Shown here piece after piece: positions 16,417 to 25,346 of a DNA stretch of 28,771 bases. The stretch is from Candidatus Heimdallarchaeota archaeon. Lineage in GTDB: Archaea; Asgardarchaeota; Heimdallarchaeia; Heimdallarchaeales; Heimdallarchaeaceae. The notes beneath the pieces are model-generated. The model ran no database searches. It was not told the origin of the DNA and was given only the letters and a program-made list of their open reading frames with translations. Position numbers and translations under genes: made by a program. The DNA lies in the NCBI GenBank assembly GCA_030668825.1, contig DAOVET010000031.1, positions 1-28,771 of the forward strand. Reading direction: 5' to 3'. The stretch's first letter is position 1, and the number at the start of each line of letters is the position of its first letter.

Positions 16417-18213
16417 ATGAAGTTCAGGATAATTTTCAGAGGAATGTTAACCTTAGCTTTCCTTTGGGGTTTAGTTTATGCTGTTGCAATTGGAACTATG
16501 TTAATAGTCTTCTACGTTGGAAATATAACAGTAGTGTCAAAAACATTTTCAATAGTTCTTTTACCAATAATAATAGCAATTGCAATAATATTTGTCCAGT
16601 TTTTAATCTCTCCATGGCTTCTAGATTTAAGTTTCAGATGGTTACATAAAATGACATGGATTGATCCTATGCAATTACCTCCACATTTGGCACAATTTAT
16701 ATCAGATCAGTCTCAACTGCAAGAGCTTTCAATCAAAAAAGTAGGAATGATACACGACCAAAATCCTACAGCTTTAACTTATGGACGTTTAAAAAAGAAT
16801 GCAAGGCTTGTTTTGTCAGATGGTATTATTAATCTTTTAACAAAAGAAGAACAGATAGCAGTTGTTGGTCATGAATTAGGACATATTGCCCATCGAGATT
16901 TTCTCTTTATGACTATTGCTGCCGCAGTACCAATGATTCTCTATACATTCTATATATTTTCACGAGGTTTTATGAGGGCAGGATTAATCGCTGGTGGAGA
17001 TGATAGTAAAGCTGCTGCTGGTATTGCTGCAGCTGCAATAATAACTATGGTTGTTTCTTATCTGTTTTATATAATCAGTCAGTTTCTAGTTATGTTTCTA
17101 AGTAGAATTAGGGAATATTACGCAGATAGATTTTCCGGACAAGTGACCAGAAATCCTGCTGCACTTTCAACTGCACTGGTAAAGATTGCTTATGGTATGG
17201 TACAATCTCAAGCTCAATATGCACAGACTATGAATGATAAAAAAGTTGATAGAAGAGTTAGAACCAGAGCTTATAGAAGATATGGTTTTACTAATGCTAC
17301 AAGATCATTAAACATCTTTGATATTAATGCAGCTAAAGGTTTAGTAATGACCGCTTATGCTCAATCTCAAGTTGGTGATATTAAACCAGATATGGTTGTA
17401 AAAGCTGCAGCATGGGATTTAGAAAGTCCTTGGGGCGGTTTCTTAGAACTTCAGTCTACTCATCCACTTGCTGCCAAAAGATTACTAGCTCTTGATGATT
17501 TAGCTGAAGAAATGAATATGAAAAGAGCATTTCCAGATTTAGGTGTTGATCAAATAAGGGAATCATTGTGGGATGAATTTCTAATTGATCTCTTCTTGAT
17601 GTATATTGCCCCAGCTTTGGTTTTTATCTTACCTGGAATTATTGGCATTTTCTATGCATTTGGACTCCCTGGTGTCACTTCTAGTTGGATGTGGATTGGA
17701 ATTGGATCTGGTTTCGCATTAGCTGGATTATTATGGGTTTGGAGAACAAGAATCAAATTTCCTCGACTTGGTGAGGAAATACCTCTCATTTCTATAATGG
17801 GTGCAGTTACTGATGTATCAGATGATGGATATGCCGAGGCATCTCCATTTAGAGGAAAACCAATTCAATTACAAGGAACAATAATAGGTCGAGGTCAACC
17901 TGGTTACTATTTCAGTGAAGATGTTGTACTACAAGATCCTTCAGGAATTATAACTTTAGATTATAATCCTTTATTTGGGTTCATGAGATGGATTACTGCT
18001 CTCTTTAGAGTCGATCGTCTTATTGGTTCTCAAGTTACAATTGAAGGATGGTATCGACGAACACCAAGGCCTGTGGTTATGATCAAAAGGATGTATACTC
18101 TTGATGGTGGTACCAAATTCGGCTCTAATAAAAATATTTTCAGTTGGATAATCGCTGGGGCACTATTCATAGCTGCAATTGTGTGTATATTTTATGGTAT
18201 TCCAATTTCATAA
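16417..18213 (+). CDS. htpX: HtpX/M48 membrane zinc metalloprotease, long form with C-terminal extension
   Basis: HELGH, SRIREYYAD, ALSTALVKI, STHPL...R, followed by about 220 extra aa. Confidence 0.9.
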   Translation: MKFRIIFRGMLTLAFLWGLVYAVAIGTMLIVFYVGNITVVSKTFSIVLLPIIIAIAIIFVQFLISPWLLDLSFRWLHKMTWIDPMQLPPHLAQFISDQSQLQELSIKKVGMIHDQNPTALTYGRLKKNARLVLSDGIINLLTKEEQIAVVGHELGHIAHRDFLFMTIAAAVPMILYTFYIFSRGFMRAGLIAGGDDSKAAAGIAAAAIITMVVSYLFYIISQFLVMFLSRIREYYADRFSGQVTRNPAALSTALVKIAYGMVQSQAQYAQTMNDKKVDRRVRTRAYRRYGFTNATRSLNIFDINAAKGLVMTAYAQSQVGDIKPDMVVKAAAWDLESPWGGFLELQSTHPLAAKRLLALDDLAEEMNMKRAFPDLGVDQIRESLWDEFLIDLFLMYIAPALVFILPGIIGIFYAFGLPGVTSSWMWIGIGSGFALAGLLWVWRTRIKFPRLGEEIPLISIMGAVTDVSDDGYAEASPFRGKPIQLQGTIIGRGQPGYYFSEDVVLQDPSGIITLDYNPLFGFMRWITALFRVDRLIGSQVTIEGWYRRTPRPVVMIKRMYTLDGGTKFGSNKNIFSWIIAGALFIAAIVCIFYGIPIS

Positions 18214-18225
18214 CTGGATAATGCA

Positions 18226-18249
18226 TCTTCTTCTTTTTCTTTCTTTTTT
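18226..18249 (+). terminator. Oligo-U/pyrimidine-tract terminator after htpX
   Basis: TCTTCTTCTTTTTCTTTCTTTTTT beginning 13 nt after the stop codon. Confidence 0.55.
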
Positions 18250-18320
18250 ACCCATAAAGTGAATAAAACGCCAGAGTTATAAAGACAGAATTAGAATATT
18301 TTTCAATTCTGGTGAAATTA

Positions 18321-19298
18321 ATGGCTAGTGAAGAAAAAAAGACTAAAGAGGAAGTCAAAAAAGAAACTCCTGAAAAAGTCGATGAAGAAGTAGAAGAAGT
18401 TAAGGAAGAAACTCCACTAGAGAAATATAAGAAGGCTGGAGAAGTCGCAAAAAGCATTTTACTTAAATTAAATGAAATGATTAAACCTGGGATTAAGGCT
18501 TTAGATTTGTGTGAAACAGCTGATAAGATGATTGCTGATGCAGGTATGAAACCAGCATTTCCTCTGAATGTTGCTATAAATAATCATGCAGCCCATTACG
18601 CCTGTACTTGGGAAGATGAATTAGTTATCAAAGAAGGCGATGTTGTAAAGCTTGATGTTGGTGTTCATCATGACGGTTTTATTGCTGATACCGCATTTAC
18701 TGTAGCTTTTGATGATGTTCATAAGGATCTGATTAAAGCCAGCAAAGAAGCCACTGAAACAGCAGTAAAGGTAATCCGTGTTGGTGGTTATACTGGCAAA
18801 CTTGGTGATTTAATTGCTAACATAATTGAAGGATATGGTTTTACAACAGTTAAAGATCTATCTGGTCACCTTCTGATGCAATATAGAGTTCATGGACCAA
18901 AAACAATTCCTAATGTATCCGGTAGAAAAGGAAATTTAGTTCTGCAGGATGAGGCTTTTGCTATAGAAACATTTGCAACTACAGGATCAGGAGATTCTCA
19001 TCAAGATCGTACAAAATTAAACATTGTAAGACTGGCAGAAGGAAGGTTTCCACTAAGAACCGATGCAGCTAAGCAAGTAAGGAGATTATTGGATAAAGAA
19101 TATTTCAGACTTCCAGTGGCTACACGATGGATCTATAAGGAAATTGGTACAGCAAAAGCTAAAATGGGAATCAGAGAACTAATTCAAGTAGGGGCGCTTT
19201 ATCAATATCATGTACTTGCTGATAATGCAGGTTCATTTGTGAGTCAGCACGAGCACACAGTTTACATGACTCCAGAAGGTCCTATTCAAACAACTTAA
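18321..19298 (+). CDS. map: Type II methionine aminopeptidase
   Basis: AFP, AAHY, KLDVGVHHDGFIADTA, LSGH, AIETF, QHEHT metal ligands plus the type II helical insert; ATG 18321 follows a GGTGA RBS (track start GTG 18312). Confidence 0.95.
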   Translation: MASEEKKTKEEVKKETPEKVDEEVEEVKEETPLEKYKKAGEVAKSILLKLNEMIKPGIKALDLCETADKMIADAGMKPAFPLNVAINNHAAHYACTWEDELVIKEGDVVKLDVGVHHDGFIADTAFTVAFDDVHKDLIKASKEATETAVKVIRVGGYTGKLGDLIANIIEGYGFTTVKDLSGHLLMQYRVHGPKTIPNVSGRKGNLVLQDEAFAIETFATTGSGDSHQDRTKLNIVRLAEGRFPLRTDAAKQVRRLLDKEYFRLPVATRWIYKEIGTAKAKMGIRELIQVGALYQYHVLADNAGSFVSQHEHTVYMTPEGPIQTT

Positions 19299-19318
19299 TT
19301 TTCTTTCCTTTTTATTTT
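19299..19318 (+). terminator. Oligo-U terminator after map
   Basis: TTTTCTTTCCTTTTTATTTT directly after the stop codon. Confidence 0.5.
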
Positions 19319-19422
19319 AGTTATTTCCATTTTAATGAAAACTTATTTCCAAAATATCCCTTTTTCTCAATGAAAAATAATTATAAACAAGCTGGAAGCA
19401 TCTTTGTTAGAAGTGTACTATA

Positions 19423-20589
19423 ATGGGTTTTGTGTTAGAATCACTTTATCTTTTTTTAGTAATAGCCTGCGTAGTATACTTCATTGTTTTAGTCCAAAAT
19501 AGTAAGAATGGTTGGCAAACAATTGAGATTAAAGATGATGATCTTCCACTAGTTAGTATAATAGTACCTACGTTAGAAGAGGAAAATAACATAGGACGTT
19601 GTCTTGAAAGTTTGCTAAAATTAGATTACCCAAGAAAGGAAATTATTGTGTCTGACGGTGGTTCTCAAGACAGAACAGTAGAAATAGCAAAGAAGTTTTC
19701 AGATAAGATAGTAGTTGATTCTCATCTTCCCAAAGGATGGATAGGTAAATCATATGGATGTCAGATTGCGTATAAAGAAGCAAGGGGTGATATACTTCTA
19801 TTTACAGAAGCAGATACATATCATTCTCCTCAATCATTAGAAACAACAGTTAACCATCTATTAGCAACTAAAAGTGATTTGTTTTCATTATTTCCCTACC
19901 AGAAAGCAAAACGTTGGTATGAGTACCTTCTCAGTTTCTTCTACTTTTTGAGCTTCTTAGGAGGAGGACCAATTAACAATATCAATAATCCATATGCAAA
20001 GGATTCAGTAATGGCAAGCGGTCAATATATGATGTTTACACGAGAAAGCTATAACAAAATTGGTGGTCACGCAGCTGTAAGTAAATCTTTAGTTGAAGAT
20101 TTAGCTTTAGCTCGATTGTGTAAAGATAAAGAAATGAGATTAAACTTCAAAGAATCAACATCTCTCGTTTCAACTCGTATGTATCCTAATGGATTTTCAG
20201 ATTTCTTTAAAGGGTTTAGAAAATCAATTTATGAGGGTTTTTGGCTATTAAGTAAATTTAGACTAATGTTCATTATCTTTTGGTTAATTTATATGCTTGT
20301 TTCTCCCTATTTCTTAATTCGTTATTTACTGATTCCCGACAATTGGTTATGGTGGAATTATACTATAGGAGTAATCGTCAATGTAAGCTTATATCTTCTT
20401 TATGCCATAATTCTCTACATATACTGGAGAAAGAAAGGTAGCTGGAATTTCATCATTTTCCTATTTTATCCAATAACAATGCTCATTAATCTAATAATAA
20501 TCCTAGTGTCCTTCTATTATGGTTTTAGAGGGATTAAATTCTCTTGGAAGAACAGATATTATGATACTGAGAAGAGTTCCTCAAAATGA
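19423..20589 (+). CDS. Membrane GT2 glycosyltransferase (CrtQ/CruC/HpnB-like), paralog A
   Basis: VSIIVP, DGGSQD, LPKGWIGK, FTEADT (DxD variant), GQYM...IGGH, LVED, TRMY; N-terminal and C-terminal TM helices. Confidence 0.88.
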   Translation: MGFVLESLYLFLVIACVVYFIVLVQNSKNGWQTIEIKDDDLPLVSIIVPTLEEENNIGRCLESLLKLDYPRKEIIVSDGGSQDRTVEIAKKFSDKIVVDSHLPKGWIGKSYGCQIAYKEARGDILLFTEADTYHSPQSLETTVNHLLATKSDLFSLFPYQKAKRWYEYLLSFFYFLSFLGGGPINNINNPYAKDSVMASGQYMMFTRESYNKIGGHAAVSKSLVEDLALARLCKDKEMRLNFKESTSLVSTRMYPNGFSDFFKGFRKSIYEGFWLLSKFRLMFIIFWLIYMLVSPYFLIRYLLIPDNWLWWNYTIGVIVNVSLYLLYAIILYIYWRKKGSWNFIIFLFYPITMLINLIIILVSFYYGFRGIKFSWKNRYYDTEKSSSK

Positions 20590-20689
20590 ATATTTCTATG
20601 ATTCTCGTCTTCCCTCATATTAGTTTTTTCTCTGTCAATAAAATATATAAATAAGTTGTTCAATTTATAATGCAACCACTGATGTTGGA

Positions 20690-21940
20690 GTGACAAAGGT
20701 GCATTGGGTAATTGAATCATTATATCTATTCTTGGTGATTGTCTGTTTTGTCTACTTCTTTGTACTAGTCCAAAACAGTAAGACTATTTGGCAGATTCTT
20801 GATTTAAAGGATGATGAGTTGCCATTTGTATCAATTATAGTTCCAACATTAGAAGAAGAAAATAATATCTCTAAATGCCTCAGTAGTGTAACTAAACTTG
20901 ATTATCCTAATTACGAAATCCTTGTGGTTGATGGAGGATCAAAAGATAAAACTGTAGAAATAGCAGAATCTTTTGGAGTTAAGGTCTTAGTTGATGCAAA
21001 TCTACCAACAGGATGGATAGGTAAATCATATGGGTGTCATGTAGGTTATTTGGAAGCAAAAGGCGATGTGCTTTTGTTTACAGATGCTGATACCAAACAC
21101 ACACCAGGATCTCTTAAAATTACCGTTTCCCATCTATTAGGATCTAATGTTGCGTTGTTTACAATGTTACCTTATTTAGAAGCATATAGATTTTATGAGT
21201 TCTTTCCAAGCTATCTGTATTTTCTTAGTTTCCTCTGTGGAGGTCCTAGAGATGATGTAAACAATAGATATAACAAAAATTCTTTTATGGCTTCTGGTCA
21301 ATACATGTTATTCACAAGAGAGGGATATGAGGAACTAGGTGGTCATACATCAATAAGTAGTTCTTTAGTTGAAGACGTTGCTCTTGCTAAACTTGTTAAA
21401 GAAAAAGAACTAGGTTTAAGCTTTACAGATGGAACTAATCTAGTTCAAACAAGAATGTATCCTGATGGCTTTGGTCAGTATTTCAGAGCCTTTAGAAGAG
21501 CTATTTGGGGGGGTATAGTAACTCTAACTCCTTGGAGAATCTTCTTTATGATTTTATGGTTAGTTTATTTTGTACTAGCTCCAATATTCATGATACAATC
21601 ATTCTTTAGTAGTGGATCTTATTTCATTTGGGCCAATTATACAATTGGAATTATAGTTAATACAGGATTGTATCTAGCATATGCTGCAACTTTTTACTTC
21701 TATTGGTACAAGAGAGGAGATCTTAAGTGGTATTTGGCTTTATTCTTCCCAATTACACAAATAGCTAATTTCATTGTAATTGGAGTAGCCATTTATTTTG
21801 GATTACGTGGCAAAAAAGTTTCTTGGAAAGGAAGATATTATTCAACTCAAGGAACTGAAACTCTAAAGAAGCAAGAAAAAAAAGATTTAACAGATAAGAA
21901 AGTCCCCACTGTTAAGAAAATAGAAAAACCAGTTGACTGA
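20690..21940 (+). CDS. Membrane GT2 glycosyltransferase (CrtQ/CruC/HpnB-like), paralog B
   Basis: Same motifs with an intact FTDADT; shares long identical segments with paralog A. Confidence 0.9.
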   Translation: MTKVHWVIESLYLFLVIVCFVYFFVLVQNSKTIWQILDLKDDELPFVSIIVPTLEEENNISKCLSSVTKLDYPNYEILVVDGGSKDKTVEIAESFGVKVLVDANLPTGWIGKSYGCHVGYLEAKGDVLLFTDADTKHTPGSLKITVSHLLGSNVALFTMLPYLEAYRFYEFFPSYLYFLSFLCGGPRDDVNNRYNKNSFMASGQYMLFTREGYEELGGHTSISSSLVEDVALAKLVKEKELGLSFTDGTNLVQTRMYPDGFGQYFRAFRRAIWGGIVTLTPWRIFFMILWLVYFVLAPIFMIQSFFSSGSYFIWANYTIGIIVNTGLYLAYAATFYFYWYKRGDLKWYLALFFPITQIANFIVIGVAIYFGLRGKKVSWKGRYYSTQGTETLKKQEKKDLTDKKVPTVKKIEKPVD

Positions 21941-21970
21941 TTCACCTAATAAAATTTTTAAGTCCAGTCC

Positions 21971-23473
21971 ATGTTTAAGATTATGAAATTTGTTTTGAGC
22001 ATTGATCAAGGTACTACTGGTACTAGAGCTATGGTTTTTAACAAACATGGTGAAGAGTTAGCTAAAGACTATGTTGAGCATGAACAATTTTATCCTAAAC
22101 CAGGATGGGTTGAACATCATCCTTCAGAGATTTGGGAAAAGACAAAGATAGTTATGAGAAACGCTCTAGATAAAGCAAAGATCACCTCTGAATCGATATG
22201 CTCAATTGGAATAACTAATCAAAGAGAAACTGTTGTAGCATGGAATACAAGTACAGGTTTACCTTTGCATAAAGCTATTGTTTGGCAGTGTAGACGAACT
22301 GCTGATACGTGCTCTCAACTGAAAGAAGAAGGATTTTCAGCTCTGTTTACCAACACAACTGGTCTGGTTTTAGACCCATATTTTTCTGGTACCAAAATCA
22401 AATGGTTATTAGATAATTCCTCCAAAGTTCAAGATGCTTTAAAATTCGGAAATCTTGCAGTAGGAACAATCGATAGTTGGTTAATTTGGAACCTAACAGG
22501 TAAGAATTTAACAGACTATTCAAACGCTTCAAGAACTCTATTATTCGATATTCATAAAGGTCTCTGGAGCGAAGAGATTCTAGAAGTTTTAGATATCCCT
22601 TTGCACATTTTACCAGAGGTTAGACCAAGCAGCGATAAGGAGATTTATGGGTATTCCAAAGATGGACTATTTGAAAGCTCAATTCCTATTACTGGTGTTG
22701 CAGGTGACCAACAAGCAGCTTTGTTCGGTCAAACTTGTTTTAAGGCGGGTTCTATTAAGAATACTTACGGAACGGGTAATTTCATGTTACTGAATACTGG
22801 TTCAAAGCCAGTTAAATCAGACAGTGGATTATTAACGACAATAGCTTGGAAAATAGACTCGGATATACAATATGCTCTTGAAGGTAGTGTTTTCATCACT
22901 GGAGCAGTCATTCAATGGTTAGAAGAAGGAATTGGAATCTTAGAAAATAAATCGGACCTTGAGAATATTATGAATGAGCTAACAAATACAGATGGTGTTT
23001 TCTTTGTTCCTGCTTTTGTTGGATTAGGGGCACCACACTGGGATGCATGTGCTCGTGGAATGATCATAGGTTTAACAAGAGGTACTACTCGAGACCATCT
23101 AATAAGAGCCGCTATGGAATCAATTTGCTATCAGTCAGAAGACATTTTTGAGTTGATGAAAAAAGATTCAGGATTATCTATAGATATACTCAGAGTAGAT
23201 GGAGGAGTAACTAATAATTCTCAACTACTACAATTTCAATCTAACATTTCCGATGTTACTATTCAAAAACCTGTTGTAAATGAAACAACAGCTCTCGGGG
23301 CAGCATATTTAGCTGGTTTAGCCGTTGACTACTGGACTAGTCTAGATGATATTAGTCAAAAGTTTCAAGTAGAAAAGGAATTCCATCCTAATATGAACCA
23401 AGATGAAAGATCTTTATTGATTCAGACATGGAAAAAAGCTCTAGAACGATCAATGAATTGGTGCGAAGTTTAG
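21971..23473 (+). CDS. glpK: Glycerol kinase
   Basis: DQGTT, TNQRET, VWQCRRT, DPYFSGTK, GDQQAALFGQ, KNTYGTG, VDGG, ETTALGAA. Confidence 0.96.
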   Translation: MFKIMKFVLSIDQGTTGTRAMVFNKHGEELAKDYVEHEQFYPKPGWVEHHPSEIWEKTKIVMRNALDKAKITSESICSIGITNQRETVVAWNTSTGLPLHKAIVWQCRRTADTCSQLKEEGFSALFTNTTGLVLDPYFSGTKIKWLLDNSSKVQDALKFGNLAVGTIDSWLIWNLTGKNLTDYSNASRTLLFDIHKGLWSEEILEVLDIPLHILPEVRPSSDKEIYGYSKDGLFESSIPITGVAGDQQAALFGQTCFKAGSIKNTYGTGNFMLLNTGSKPVKSDSGLLTTIAWKIDSDIQYALEGSVFITGAVIQWLEEGIGILENKSDLENIMNELTNTDGVFFVPAFVGLGAPHWDACARGMIIGLTRGTTRDHLIRAAMESICYQSEDIFELMKKDSGLSIDILRVDGGVTNNSQLLQFQSNISDVTIQKPVVNETTALGAAYLAGLAVDYWTSLDDISQKFQVEKEFHPNMNQDERSLLIQTWKKALERSMNWCEV

Positions 23474-23772
23474 TTAACTGTCTTTTCCTTTGCTTTAACC
23501 AGTGTCTATATGATTTTCCTTTCCTTTAAACAATGTGTCTTCCGACAATATTACTGAATTTTGTATTCAATTATTGGATTAAATTAACTTTTTCTTTAAT
23601 CTATTAGCCGCGCCCTAGATTCAAAAGAAAAATTATCTATTTGTAATAAATTATGAGTTGCTAGATAAACGTCTAGTAAAATATTTTGAAGAAAGACTCT
23701 GCTAATATTCTAGTTGTAAGATATTTCATAAAACTGTTATTGGATGATAATTGGCGGCTTGAAATCAGGTTT

Positions 23773-23789
23773 TACACCTTTTAGGTGTA
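23773..23789. repeat. Perfect inverted repeat TACACCT-TTT-AGGTGTA
   Basis: 7-bp arms with a 3-nt spacer, followed by TCTTTTCT, inside the long intergenic region. Confidence 0.6.
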
Positions 23790-24067
23790 TCTTTTCTATA
23801 CTACAGTTATGATGATTAAAGGTTTCTTTATACTTTTGTCCGTAAACTTATACTAGTAAGCTCTTAATGAAATATAGAATCAAGTATTTTAGTGACCAAA
23901 TTAATTCTATCAGAAAGGAAAAGATTCTTATCTTCAACAAATATAATTTTATACTAACTAAAAGTTCTTTCAATAAACTGATTATTTGTTTAATAAACGT
24001 ATTACAAAACATTTTTTAAGTTTCTTCATATGACTCAACAACGACTCTTAGAGAAAGGGGTAAAAGG

Positions 24068-24454
24068 TTGACAACTCTGTACGATTATATTGGGGATAAA
24101 GATAAAAAAGTTGAAGAGGAAAGAATAAAGGAAGAACAATCTTATAATGCTGTTCTTACCAAAATTCAAAGACAGAAGCGCTCAAACGTTAATTTTACAG
24201 GATTTGAAGGGCGATTATCTGATCTGATAGATGGGATTAGAACCATTCCAAACTACAACAATCTTAAGGGGTATATTAGAGAGAAAGTTCTTCCAGATAA
24301 CCCGGAAATATCATACGAAAAATTATCTCTCCAGACAGGAATACATGAAGGTGTGGCTTTAGTCATTCTTTACGACTTGTATAATGATAAATTAGAAGAA
24401 GAACTGAAAGATCTTGATGCTGAAGATATAGATCTTGACTTTCGTTATGAATAA
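24068..24454 (+). CDS. Hypothetical acidic protein with possible helix-turn-helix
   Basis: 128-aa ORF, TTG start after a purine-rich RBS-like GGGGT; NPEISYEKLSLQTGIHEGVALVIL has HTH-like spacing; acidic C-terminal tail. Confidence 0.7.
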   Translation: MTTLYDYIGDKDKKVEEERIKEEQSYNAVLTKIQRQKRSNVNFTGFEGRLSDLIDGIRTIPNYNNLKGYIREKVLPDNPEISYEKLSLQTGIHEGVALVILYDLYNDKLEEELKDLDAEDIDLDFRYE

Positions 24455-24463
24455 ATTATTCTT

Positions 24464-25168
24464 CTACCTACCATGGTTGAGTCGATCGCTCAAGGATTTT
24501 GGGAGATTTAAATCGATCATTTTCTCTTGAACAGGTTTGTAATCATACTTTAGATGAATCATAGACGCGCTGTAAGGACTTGTATTCACAACAGAATAGT
24601 ATGCTCCAGGTTTTCCATTACGTGGTTGTCCTACCGAACCAGGATTTAAGAAATTGTGTTTTTGAATTCTAGCTTTAAATGGAACATGTGTATGTCCAAC
24701 TATTAGAACATCTGTCTTTGTAATCTCAAATGCTTCCTTAAGCATTGTTTTCCACTGCTTATCTGAGTAGGTATCCATATAATCAAAAGTTTGGCGTGGA
24801 GAACCATGAACTAAATAGATACTAGTGCCGTTTCTTTCAATTGTTTTTCTCCGAGGTAGAGTAGTTAACCATCTCTTGTTTTCGGCATGAATATTTTTTT
24901 GTGTCCATTGAATCATTGTATATGCGGTTGGATTGAAACAAAAAGAAGGTTCATCTCCAATTACTCCTGCATCATGATTACCTAACATTGTAATGGAGCA
25001 TTCTTCTCTAATTAGTTCAATACATTCATTTGGAAATGGATAATACCCCACAATATCGCCTAAACAGATAATCTCATCGATATTCTTTCTCTTCTGGATG
25101 TCTTGTAAAACTGCCTCTAAAGCATAGATATTTGAATGAATATCAGAAATTACAGCTATTCTAGGCAT
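24464..25168 (-). CDS. Calcineurin-like metallophosphoesterase (YfcE/MJ0912-like)
   Basis: SDIHSN, GDIVGY, GNHD, HGSP, GHTH, NPGSVGQPR; GGAGG RBS upstream. Confidence 0.92.
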   Translation of the reverse strand: MPRIAVISDIHSNIYALEAVLQDIQKRKNIDEIICLGDIVGYYPFPNECIELIREECSITMLGNHDAGVIGDEPSFCFNPTAYTMIQWTQKNIHAENKRWLTTLPRRKTIERNGTSIYLVHGSPRQTFDYMDTYSDKQWKTMLKEAFEITKTDVLIVGHTHVPFKARIQKHNFLNPGSVGQPRNGKPGAYYSVVNTSPYSASMIHLKYDYKPVQEKMIDLNLPKSLSDRLNHGR

Positions 25169-25346
25169 ACGAAGACCTCCAAATTAGTTAAGGCTGAAAC
25201 ACTTTTTAAGTTCTGCTCAAAGATTGAACCAGCAAATCTTAGTTTCAGATATCTCTGAAAAGCATTAATTGATTGATTAATATAATTTACGTTATAGAAG
25301 AATAGTTCTGAAAAGTAGTAAAGCTTTTCAAGAATGTAAAAATCTT

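Noticed and set aside
2625-16649. Short overlapping ORFs (2625, 3495, 4289, 4839, 6598, 6876, 7651, 7799, 8641, 9408, 11204, 15054, 15919, 16464)
   Set aside because: All lie within or opposite well-supported genes and show no motifs.
23606-23759. MITE or IS remnant bounded by AGCCGC/GCGGCT
   Set aside because: Only 6 bp of inverted identity, no target-site duplication and no transposase trace.
23809-23895. Second C/D sRNA (ATGATGA at 23809)
   Set aside because: No CTGA box D or D'/C' at suitable spacing, and no recognisable rRNA-antisense guide.
24030-24071. 13-codon uORF (MTQQRLLEKGVKG) overlapping the TTG start
   Set aside because: Its ATG is only about 10 nt after the TATA-like TTTTAAG, so it is likely upstream of the TSS; short ORFs of this size arise by chance.
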